A program made the position numbers and the translations under genes. A stretch of DNA of 64,000 bases. Origin: a virus. The notes under the pieces were generated by a model that did not search any database, had not been told where the DNA came from, and saw nothing but the letters and a program-made list of their open reading frames with translations. The stretch is taken from the UHGV virus genome UHGV-0041117, one strand, 5' to 3'. The number at the start of each line of letters is the position of its first letter. Position 1 is the stretch's first letter. Below are positions 56,304 to 63,760 of the stretch, piece by piece.

Positions 56304-56798
56304 ATGCCTATAGCACTCGCCGGTAAAGTCACGTTTTTCTCTGGTGAACTTGGCGGCAGCGATGGCCGTCGGCCCATCGACGCTAAAACCAAAACCCCCA
56401 ACGAAGACTACGTCCTCTGTGACGGTATCGAAACCAACGGCATCGCTATCCCCGACCTTCGCGGACTGATGATTGTCTGCACCTCTGATGACCACCCGAT
56501 GGGCGAGACCGGTGGGTCTGATACGGCCACTTTCACCATGGAAGGTACTGTCGGAGACTGTACCCTCACCGTGGCGCAGATGCCGAGCCATACGCATGGT
56601 TATCGCAAGGTGACAGCATGGTATGGCTGGAACGGCACCAATGATGGCGATGACTGCAAACCGCCGAGCGACGGACAGCCCACTGATGCCACCGGTGGCA
56701 GCCAGCCGCATACCCACCCCATCGAAGGCACCGTCTCTGTGGAACGCTCACTTCCTCCGTACTACGCCCTGGCAGCAGTCATGTACATCGGCGACTAA
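56304..56798 (+). CDS. phage tail-collar domain protein (MdpB-like)
   Basis: TLTVAQMPSHTHGY ... GGSQPHTHP ... LPPYYALAAVMYIG matches tail-collar (Collar) domain signature. Confidence 0.7.
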   Translation: MPIALAGKVTFFSGELGGSDGRRPIDAKTKTPNEDYVLCDGIETNGIAIPDLRGLMIVCTSDDHPMGETGGSDTATFTMEGTVGDCTLTVAQMPSHTHGYRKVTAWYGWNGTNDGDDCKPPSDGQPTDATGGSQPHTHPIEGTVSVERSLPPYYALAAVMYIGD

Positions 56799-56799
56799 A

Positions 56800-56834
56800 A
56801 CAAAAAGCCCCCGCGTGTGCGGGGGCTTTTCTTA
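56800..56834. terminator. bidirectional rho-independent terminator
   Basis: AAAAAGCCCCCGCG-TGTG-CGGGGGCTTTTCTT. Confidence 0.75.
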
Positions 56835-56856
56835 CATCATTACTGAACAGCAGCGC

Positions 56857-57042
56857 TTAAGCGTCCATCTCGAAGTGGTCGCAGACAGAGAATGCCTTAG
56901 TTCGGAAACCGAACTTTCCGCAGGTGAGTTTTTCTCCGTATTTTCCTACGCGACGATAATGCTTACAGGTATTGCAGGCTTCAATCCTGGCCTGCTTCTT
57001 CCACCCGGCAACTTTCTTGGTCATCTTCTTTTCTTCGGGCAT
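56857..57042 (-). CDS. small Cys-containing protein (61 aa, possible Zn ribbon)
   Basis: RBS AAAGGAGA; CNTC...C...C. Confidence 0.5.
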   Translation of the reverse strand: MPEEKKMTKKVAGWKKQARIEACNTCKHYRRVGKYGEKLTCGKFGFRTKAFSVCDHFEMDA

Positions 57043-57057
57043 AGTCGTCTCCTTTGT

Positions 57058-57504
57058 TCACAGCATGGCGCCTACGAGGCGCTGTATCACGTAATGGGTC
57101 TGGCGGTCGAAGAGCTCTTTGAGTTTTTCCTCAGACAACCCCTTCCTGCTGCCCAGGGCCAAGGTCTCCATATCCATGAACAGCAGATGCAAGACCTCGT
57201 GGAGAGCCAGGGCCTCCATCCCCGTCTCTGCTACGAACTTAGGTACGGTAGTAGAACAATGGACCAGAACCGAAGTCCCCATTTCTTGCCAGCACACACT
57301 GGCCGCACTGTCGTCCCCGTGCCCACACTGGATGAAAACCAGCTCCAGATGGCGAAGGCCCAGCTTGTCGCACCACAGCCGAAAATGTCTCGTGAAGTCG
57401 GAGTACATCTCGGCAGTGACGGGGACATCTTCATTGATAACATCAAGCGCATCTTCCGGCCCCTCATACCGGCCGAAATCACGATACCAACCACGACTAC
57501 TCAT
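57058..57504 (-). CDS. putative Zn metallopeptidase (HExxH motif)
   Basis: RBS AGAGGAG; ALALHEVLHLLFMDME; 148 aa; ImmA/IrrE- or SprT-like by motif only. Confidence 0.5.
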   Translation of the reverse strand: MSSRGWYRDFGRYEGPEDALDVINEDVPVTAEMYSDFTRHFRLWCDKLGLRHLELVFIQCGHGDDSAASVCWQEMGTSVLVHCSTTVPKFVAETGMEALALHEVLHLLFMDMETLALGSRKGLSEEKLKELFDRQTHYVIQRLVGAML

Positions 57505-57811
57505 GGCCGCGCTCCTCTTTCCAGGCCCATTCCTTGTATCGCGTAAGATATTCAGAAAGCGCCAGCAGCGAAACGTACGTCACAACAGCCAGTACGCCGA
57601 ACCAAACGGCGAACACGACATCCGCCCAGAATGTCTCACCAGGAAAGCAAGACACGGCCCGGTAAGCGGCATGTACCGCACCGGCAAGGCAGGCCAAAAA
57701 CATGACGACGTACAAGCACAACACTCTGATGCGCCCTTTCTCGTTCCCGAAGACGAACTCGAGCACTGTGTCCAACGCGCCGTCGAGCGCATCCTTGAGC
57801 TTCCCCCACAT
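57497..57811 (-). CDS. small membrane protein (2 TM, 104 aa)
   Basis: RBS GGGAGG; hydrophobic LCLYVVMFLACLAGAV and VFAVWFGVLAVVTYVSLLAL. Confidence 0.55.
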   Translation of the reverse strand: MWGKLKDALDGALDTVLEFVFGNEKGRIRVLCLYVVMFLACLAGAVHAAYRAVSCFPGETFWADVVFAVWFGVLAVVTYVSLLALSEYLTRYKEWAWKEERGHE

Positions 57812-57814
57812 ACC

Positions 57815-58402
57815 CTATTCCTCCCTCGGTGAAGCCGAAGGACCGCAAGCCTCAGCCTGCCAGGCTTCGTAAACCCTGCGCTGCTCAGACGTGAGGTCAG
57901 CCACGTCGAGTTTTTTGACGTATCGGTAAGCCGCCAGAGAGAAACCGACGATGGTCCCCGAACCGGTGAAGTCTCTCCTGGCCCCGCGTTCGTAGATGAT
58001 ATGAAACGGGTATATGTCGTCACTATGGGAGAAATACTGCGCAATACCAAATCTCCCGCCATTCCAACCTGCTTCACCAGGAAGGAAGTCAGAGCAGAGC
58101 ACCGGAGTCCCGACAACGAACCACGGCTCACGGTCACTGACCCACCCTTCCACCTCAGCAGCCGAGAACGTCGGCGCAAGGGCGACGGTGCCAACGAGCT
58201 CGGCAGTGAGTTCCGTGTACGGGACGATTTCCTTGAACACCTCCCTGCTCCCGACCAGCAAGTAGCCCACAGAGCCATCAGGCAGCGTTATAGTCCTGGA
58301 GTAGAACCCGGGCTCCCAAAAGTCCAAATTACCGTTACGAGCCAGGACTCGGTCGAACGTATCATACTTCCAATTCGCGTAGATGCTTACCTTCTTATCC
58401 AC
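57815..58402 (-). CDS. hypothetical protein (~195 aa)
   Basis: GTG start after GGAG, overlapping stop of upstream gene; alternative ATG at 58441. Confidence 0.5.
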   Translation of the reverse strand: MDKKVSIYANWKYDTFDRVLARNGNLDFWEPGFYSRTITLPDGSVGYLLVGSREVFKEIVPYTELTAELVGTVALAPTFSAAEVEGWVSDREPWFVVGTPVLCSDFLPGEAGWNGGRFGIAQYFSHSDDIYPFHIIYERGARRDFTGSGTIVGFSLAAYRYVKKLDVADLTSEQRRVYEAWQAEACGPSASPREE

Positions 58403-58715
58403 CCTGCTCCTCCTGTTTTTTGAGATATGCTTCCAGCACACGCCTCCCGCCCGCTGTCAGCTCATAATAGCCCCGATTGTGGCCCCAGTGCCGCTTGAGG
58501 TCCACCCGCCTCAGATACCCGATGGAGACCAGCTTATTCGCGAGGCTGTTCACCTTGCACGAGATACCCTGCCAATACCGGCGCGGGTTCTCCGGGTCCG
58601 TCTTGCACTCGAAAACTTCCTGGGCCAGGTCCTTCCCGAAAGCCACCTTCGGAGGGCATATCTCCGACACGGCTTTGAGGATTCGATACGAGGTTTCGGT
58701 CAGTTCTTCCTGCAT
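58395..58715 (-). CDS. PadR-like winged-helix transcriptional regulator
   Basis: RBS AGGAG; ISCKVNSLANKLVSIGYLRRV...GYYELTAGGRRVLEAYLK fits the PadR pattern. Confidence 0.6.
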   Translation of the reverse strand: MQEELTETSYRILKAVSEICPPKVAFGKDLAQEVFECKTDPENPRRYWQGISCKVNSLANKLVSIGYLRRVDLKRHWGHNRGYYELTAGGRRVLEAYLKKQEEQGG

Positions 58716-58869
58716 AATGCCACTCCTACCTTCTCACATAACAAGAGCGTGTTTTCGTGGATGCGCTCCCCCCACTCCCTATGTACGGCCGATAGTATCC
58801 GGCGTAAACATAACACATCACCCCCCAAAACGCAGCTAACTTGCTGGTAAATTACCGGTAACTTGCGGG

Positions 58870-59574
58870 TCAATTTGCTGCGTACTTCCTCATACCGGTG
58901 CGCAGCTCCTCTATGGTGGCCAAGAGCTTATCGCGTTCTTCCAGGAGCTTCCCCCGTTCTTCACGATACACGCGATTCTCCGCAACTATGCATTGCAAAA
59001 AATTCCCTGCGCTCGGGTCTTCTTGCGTCAGCAAGGTGACGATACGGTCTTCAAGACCGCGTCTGATAGACTCTGAGTCCCTGTAGCGTTCCAAAAGCAC
59101 GGACTTCTCCGCCGTGACCTTGCAAACGTCTGACTTGAGCTCCTCTATCCGGCTGTCCCGCTCACGGAGCTTGGCCCGGAGGTCATCGACTTCCGAGCCA
59201 ATAGCAGCAGTCTCCGTCACAGGAAACCTCACTACAGCAGGTCGCCCCTTCGGAGGGGAGTCACCAAACGGACGCGCCGACCCTACGAAAGACTCATTAC
59301 CCTCAAGTGGGATACACTCGCAATACACCCCCGTTCCGGTGAAGAAACCTACTCCACCGTCAGGCACCGCCCGCTGGAAAGAAAACACACCGACACGCCA
59401 AACCCTGGGGTCAATGGACTCAGGTCCACCACCCCGCACAAGGACAAACTGCCCCGGGAAAAACTTGCGTTCACCAGTACCCATCACAAAACTACCTCCA
59501 GAGTCCTTGGAAAAATATTTCACAAAACTCCTGAAAAATGAGTTCCAAAGACGAGCAGCCGCACCTGTGACCAT
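58870..59574 (-). CDS. hypothetical protein with C-terminal coiled coil (234 aa; alternative start 59484)
   Basis: ORF; both candidate starts have SD-like sequences. Confidence 0.5.
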   Translation of the reverse strand: MVTGAAARLWNSFFRSFVKYFSKDSGGSFVMGTGERKFFPGQFVLVRGGGPESIDPRVWRVGVFSFQRAVPDGGVGFFTGTGVYCECIPLEGNESFVGSARPFGDSPPKGRPAVVRFPVTETAAIGSEVDDLRAKLRERDSRIEELKSDVCKVTAEKSVLLERYRDSESIRRGLEDRIVTLLTQEDPSAGNFLQCIVAENRVYREERGKLLEERDKLLATIEELRTGMRKYAAN

Positions 59575-59583
59575 TTCACAAAC

Positions 59584-60222
59584 CTACCTTTGGGTCTCTT
59601 CCAGAAGCCTTCCATACAACGCTTCCGCCGGGTCCTCAGCCGCCGGGCAACGCCCCAGCCAGAACTCGGCCCACCGGTCGGACAGTTTGCGCAGCACCTG
59701 CCACTCCGGGCCGGAGGAGAACTGCGGGCAGGTGGCAATGGTCCCGCACAGGTACGTATCCAGACCGATGAACAACTCGGCACACCGATGCTGCAGCGTG
59801 TGCGATTCAGACCCCATAACGGCGTCAGCAATGGCGCGCAGATTCGCCATTTTCTTCTCGGCTGCAACAGAATCCCTCCTCCGGCGGACACTCGGCCAAC
59901 ACGCATCTATCGCGGCCCAAGTCTTCTCCCACAAGCCGGAGACCGGCTCCAGAACGCCAAGCTGGTCCCTGGACCAGAGCAGCGTGGCCGCGAGCATGAT
60001 GAGGACCATGGTACACCGGACATGCTGCCACGCCGGCGCCGGGAACTCCACAGGACCGATACTGTACGGCATCGTGGCCACGTACTGAGCCTCGGTGTAC
60101 CAGAGGGCCCCACAGGTCAAGCAACGCACCCAGGCCCCCTTGCCGGTCTTGCGCACGATTTCCCACTTCCGGTACTCCGGGTCGTGGTTCCGCTCAGTAC
60201 ACTGGCATGCGGGCTGGCGCAT
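59584..60222 (-). CDS. hypothetical protein with N-terminal Cys4 (Zn-ribbon-like) motif
   Basis: CQC...CLTC; 212 aa. Confidence 0.5.
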   Translation of the reverse strand: MRQPACQCTERNHDPEYRKWEIVRKTGKGAWVRCLTCGALWYTEAQYVATMPYSIGPVEFPAPAWQHVRCTMVLIMLAATLLWSRDQLGVLEPVSGLWEKTWAAIDACWPSVRRRRDSVAAEKKMANLRAIADAVMGSESHTLQHRCAELFIGLDTYLCGTIATCPQFSSGPEWQVLRKLSDRWAEFWLGRCPAAEDPAEALYGRLLEETQR

Positions 60223-60224
60223 GG

Positions 60225-60413
60225 CTACTCCTCCGCCGGGCCGCGCTTAGAGCTGGAGCGCTCGACATACGGCTGGACATGGAACAAGAGCGGAAGGGCC
60301 AACATGGGCACAACGAGCCACGGCGAAGCCCCGCCCCACACCAGCAAACCAAGCCAGCCCACGAGGGCCCACAGACCGGTATTCACAATAGCGGCGTATG
60401 TGAAAACGCTCAT
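60225..60413 (-). CDS. small hydrophobic membrane peptide (62 aa)
   Basis: RBS GGAGG; MSVFTYAAIVNTGLWALVGWLGLLVWGG...; N-terminal 17 aa duplicated at 61028..61114. Confidence 0.55.
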   Translation of the reverse strand: MSVFTYAAIVNTGLWALVGWLGLLVWGGASPWLVVPMLALPLLFHVQPYVERSSSKRGPAEE

Positions 60414-60438
60414 ACCAAACCTCCGAAACGGCCGCGCA

Positions 60439-60789
60439 TTACAACTGCGCTCTCAACCCAGCGAAGCAGAGCTGCTGCAGACCTTTTTCACCATAGAGCA
60501 CAGGGATACCATAAGAACCGGCACAATGGATTTCCGCCTCACATCCCCTGGGCAGTTTCGTGTTCCGGTCACGCTCTCCGATATAGAGCAGTACGTCGCA
60601 ACGGGAGAGGATTTTAAGCGATTCCCCCAGGCACCACAGTGCCTCATTCACACTCTCGGGTGGAACGTCGATGTAACTGTCCTCGACCACATGCCCGACC
60701 TTTTCCAACATCCTGCAAGCAAAGTTCCGGTCCGCGTAGATTTCTTCTTTCGTCTTGCCCTTCATGGGCTGGCTGATGAACACACGCAT
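60439..60789 (-). CDS. nucleoside 2-deoxyribosyltransferase-like (DUF4406/SLOG-like) protein
   Basis: MRVFISQPMKG ... CDVLLYIGERDRNTKLPRGCEAEIHCAGSYGIPVLY resembles the Rossmann-like NDT fold pattern. Confidence 0.5.
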   Translation of the reverse strand: MRVFISQPMKGKTKEEIYADRNFACRMLEKVGHVVEDSYIDVPPESVNEALWCLGESLKILSRCDVLLYIGERDRNTKLPRGCEAEIHCAGSYGIPVLYGEKGLQQLCFAGLRAQL

Positions 60790-60791
60790 GG

Positions 60792-60995
60792 CTAGTATCT
60801 CTCCTGATATTCTCCATCGACAAAATCCTCTTCCCTGGCCCTACGCGCTTCCATGTCGATGTCATCGTCATCAAGACGCTTCCATTCATCAGGCAGCATA
60901 TCACGCGCCTTAGCGAATGCTTCCTCATAATTTTCGGCCTCGACGATATACTTCTTCGGGCCCGCCATGGCCGTGACTGCGAATTTCCAACTCAT
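60792..60995 (-). CDS. small acidic protein (67 aa)
   Basis: RBS AAGGAG. Confidence 0.5.
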   Translation of the reverse strand: MSWKFAVTAMAGPKKYIVEAENYEEAFAKARDMLPDEWKRLDDDDIDMEARRAREEDFVDGEYQERY

Positions 60996-61027
60996 CGTGA
61001 TACGCTCCTTCTAGGTGCCAGCAATCA

Positions 61028-61114
61028 TCACCTATTTTCCATAAGGCCGGAGATTACGGCCGCGAGGGCCCACAGACCGGTATTCACAATAGCAGCATAC
61101 GTGAAAACGCTCAT
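61028..61114 (-). CDS. 28-aa hydrophobic peptide, truncated paralog of gene 60225..60413
   Basis: RBS GGGAGG; ATG overlaps upstream TGA (ATGA); MSVFTYAAIVNTGLWALAAVISGLMENR; ~52-bp DNA repeat with synonymous-only differences. Confidence 0.4.
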   Translation of the reverse strand: MSVFTYAAIVNTGLWALAAVISGLMENR

Positions 61115-61449
61115 CAGAAATCCAACCTCCCAATCTGCGGTCCCGAAGCGCTGGCCGACAACAAAGCAGAAACGTGAGCCGTCGCTTGCCGCTCCCCATC
61201 GTGTAAGCTGTACCCGGGACCCAACGTGATATAAAGGGACCCATCATTGCTGACGACGAAACCAGCGTCAGGAAACTTCTTGCGGATTTTATCCATGAGC
61301 GACCCCATATCCGAAGACACCCGGCGAAATCGCTTCAAAGCCCCGGGCACCTCCTCATCCAGCAGTTCTTCGGGAGCGAACCCGTAGTCTCCGATGGGGT
61401 CAGGGAACATCTTCTCGATGTCATCAGCGAAGTATATCTTGCCACCCAT
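61114..61449 (-). CDS. hypothetical protein (~111 aa)
   Basis: ATG MGGKIYFADD internal to ORF 61114..61515. Confidence 0.5.
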   Translation of the reverse strand: MGGKIYFADDIEKMFPDPIGDYGFAPEELLDEEVPGALKRFRRVSSDMGSLMDKIRKKFPDAGFVVSNDGSLYITLGPGYSLHDGERQATAHVSALLSASASGPQIGRLDF

Positions 61450-61615
61450 ACTACACCCCCGTCGAGCCATAACCGCCCGTGCCCCGGGCCGTAGCCGACA
61501 GCTCGCCGGTAGCATCTGTGAAACACACTGGGTAGATAGGCGTGTACAAGGCCCCGGCTGTGGTGACGGACATGATAGTGTTCCCCGTCATCATGGCGCA
61601 GGGGAGGATGATGAG

Positions 61616-62041
61616 CTATGCGATACGCTCTCCTACACGATAGGGATGCATCATGCCCTCTCGGCCCGGGTAGAGTTCGGCAAGTCTACGCGCCCTGGCA
61701 GCCTGGTCCCCGGGAACTTTGCGAAACATGACCTGGATGGTCCCCCGGTAATCGCTATCAACGACAGTCATACCGCCGCATTTTTCCAGGCCGGTCATAA
61801 AAATACTGGACCTGGCGCAGACGGCCCCAAAATATCCCTGGGGAATCTCTACAGCGAGACCGGTATCATAAATGTACAAATCATCGACCACTTCAAGTTT
61901 CGCGGCCGTCAGGTCCCAGCCGGCGGCCCCGGCACTCTTGCACTCAGGCAACTTGGCCCCGGGGAGTTCCAGACTGCACCGAACCTGGAAACAGGCCGTC
62001 GAAGACAACGCCGGCGTGATAGCAAATTGCTCTTCCAACAT
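61616..62041 (-). CDS. dut: dUTP diphosphatase (dUTPase)
   Basis: RBS GGAGG then ATG 62041; motifs AGWDL, RSSIFMTGLEKCGG, GMTVVDSDYRGTIQVMF. Confidence 0.8.
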   Translation of the reverse strand: MLEEQFAITPALSSTACFQVRCSLELPGAKLPECKSAGAAGWDLTAAKLEVVDDLYIYDTGLAVEIPQGYFGAVCARSSIFMTGLEKCGGMTVVDSDYRGTIQVMFRKVPGDQAARARRLAELYPGREGMMHPYRVGERIA

Positions 62042-62086
62042 ATTCTTACCTCCACTTGGATAGTGGGGCCAAGTGGGGGTTTTGTC

Positions 62087-62128
62087 AACAAAAAAATCCG
62101 GCCAGACCGGGGGAGGTCTGGCCGGATG
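62087..62128 (-). terminator. rho-independent terminator (minus strand)
   Basis: ATCCGGCCAGACC-GGGGGA-GGTCTGGCCGGAT followed on minus strand by TTTTTTTG. Confidence 0.65.
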
Positions 62129-62363
62129 GCCAAGGTGCCTATGCAGCGTCCCGTAGGGAGGGTGTCGCGCGGCATGTAGGCTGGGGGTGCTGAGTCCTGG
62201 TGCCCCGCCCCATCTGCTCAACCGCAGGCGGGATAGGGGCGGGGACTTTAAGTTTGGCGTTCCAGGGTAGGCGTCCGGTCACATACCCCAGAAACACATC
62301 GGGTGTGCAGCCACCCGACAGCAAACTGCACAAAACGTCACATCGTCTTGCTGTGAACTGACC

Positions 62364-63071
62364 CTACTTGGAAGATGCTCCGGTGTCAAGAGCTTTCGGG
62401 GCCAGGGACAAAATCTTGTACATGGCCTGCCGCAGATACTCAGCTTCCCACTCAGCATCGCACAAAGCATGGTGCGCGATACCGGTATCGGGTACCTCGA
62501 CAGTGATACCGAGGGACTCCACCAAGAACTCCACGGTCCTGAGCGACTGGTTGTTCCGATAAGTCCACACCTTCTGCAAAAGTTCGGCACCCTCCCGGGC
62601 AGAGAAGCCTTCAAGCGCACTGCGCCAGATGACGTTGTCGAACTCGGGTCCCTTCCCCCAGAACTGCACTGGGGCAGTCACGCCCCAAACCTCAGCATCG
62701 TGCTCCGTGTAATCCAGAATCCAGCGCCCGAAATCATCCACCGCCTGCGTCAAACGCACGGCGTTGTCATGGAACGCAGCGTTCCTCGCATCATCACTCG
62801 TACGAGTGACCCACCATTTCACGGTCGAGTAATCCATGGTCCGCCCATACTGACCGGCACCATGGATAGAGCGGTAGAACCTGCCGATGACCTTGTACTC
62901 ATCATCGAGGGCCACAGCCCCCACAGCCAGGATGACCGGATTGCCTCGAAGACCTAGCGTCTCCAAGTCAAGGACGATATGGGACAGCAATCTCCCCTGA
63001 GAGATTCCCTCAGTCAAACTCCAGGAAGGGAGCTCATCAGTAAATCTGTTCGCGTACTTGTCTTCGCTCAT
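62364..63071 (-). CDS. DEDDh 3'-5' exonuclease (DnaQ-like)
   Basis: RBS GGAGG then ATG 63071; Exo I VLDLETLGL, Exo III HHALCDAEWEAEY. Confidence 0.75.
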   Translation of the reverse strand: MSEDKYANRFTDELPSWSLTEGISQGRLLSHIVLDLETLGLRGNPVILAVGAVALDDEYKVIGRFYRSIHGAGQYGRTMDYSTVKWWVTRTSDDARNAAFHDNAVRLTQAVDDFGRWILDYTEHDAEVWGVTAPVQFWGKGPEFDNVIWRSALEGFSAREGAELLQKVWTYRNNQSLRTVEFLVESLGITVEVPDTGIAHHALCDAEWEAEYLRQAMYKILSLAPKALDTGASSK

Positions 63072-63128
63072 AACATGCCTCCTGACCGCGACCGTACAAA
63101 CAAGTAGGGGGCATGTCAAGTGTGGGGG

Positions 63129-63473
63129 TCAGCGCGGCATGTAGCCCGCACCTATCTGGACCGTGCCCGGCATCCCATCCGCTGGCGTCCAGAAAGGCGG
63201 CCGGCCCTGCATCGCCCGCAGGAGGGATGACTGGTACGCACGGTCGAAGACCTCCCACTGCAGCGGGTCGTAGCCGTACTGGTACACGTTCGAGAGCGTC
63301 TGCATGTCCCATGGTGTGATGTCCTGGTACACCGCAGGGTAGAGCGCCCCGACCGGGCCCAGGGAATACTCCGTCATAACAGCACCATCGGGGAGTACCT
63401 GGGCTGCGAAGCCCGGGCCCTTGTTCGTGCCGTCCGGGCGCTGGCCGTAGCCAAAGTCTGGGTATGTTTCCAT
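63129..63473 (-). CDS. hypothetical protein (114 aa)
   Basis: RBS GGAGG; ORF. Confidence 0.5.
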   Translation of the reverse strand: METYPDFGYGQRPDGTNKGPGFAAQVLPDGAVMTEYSLGPVGALYPAVYQDITPWDMQTLSNVYQYGYDPLQWEVFDRAYQSSLLRAMQGRPPFWTPADGMPGTVQIGAGYMPR

Positions 63474-63726
63474 GTCTGCCTCCTATGTTGGAATACTACG
63501 CGGGTCGGGAGGGTGAAGCAACGGATAAAGTCAAGTGGGGGTGCCGGGGAAAATTCCCAAAAAATTTTGGCGGCCTCGTGTCTGAGTGTGTGAATAAATA
63601 GGTGTATGTTTTCTCCTCGCGCGCCCGGCCCGCGCGTCCAAAGCGCCCGCCCCCGCCCGCGCGGCCTGCCAAGCGGCCCCCGAACCCCCTTTAAGTACCT
63701 GAAATCATTGAACAAAAAAACCACTT

Positions 63727-63760
63727 GACTTCCGCGTCGCACTAGCACATAAAGGACTTG
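63727..63760 (+). promoter_or_regulatory. promoter candidate (TTGACT-17 bp-CATAAA) in terminal noncoding region
   Basis: CCACTTGACTTCCGCGTCGCACTAGCACATAAAGG. Confidence 0.3.

Noticed and set aside
54780-56840. Invertible tail-fibre segment (Mu G / P1 C-like) for the opposite-strand fibre cassette
   Set aside because: No flanking inverted repeats and no Gin/Cin-type invertase gene were found; the cassette has its own promoter and terminator instead.
61335-61526. 63-aa ORF, plus a 47-aa ATG ORF at ~61450-61590, between gene 61114..61449 and dUTPase
   Set aside because: The mRNA has no SD-like sequence (an anti-SD CCTCC instead) and no motif; they may be spurious, though a leaderless small gene cannot be excluded.
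62139-62333. 64-aa ORF in the exonuclease 3' region
   Set aside because: It would need a TTG start without SD and has an Arg/Pro-rich composition; the region is treated as noncoding.
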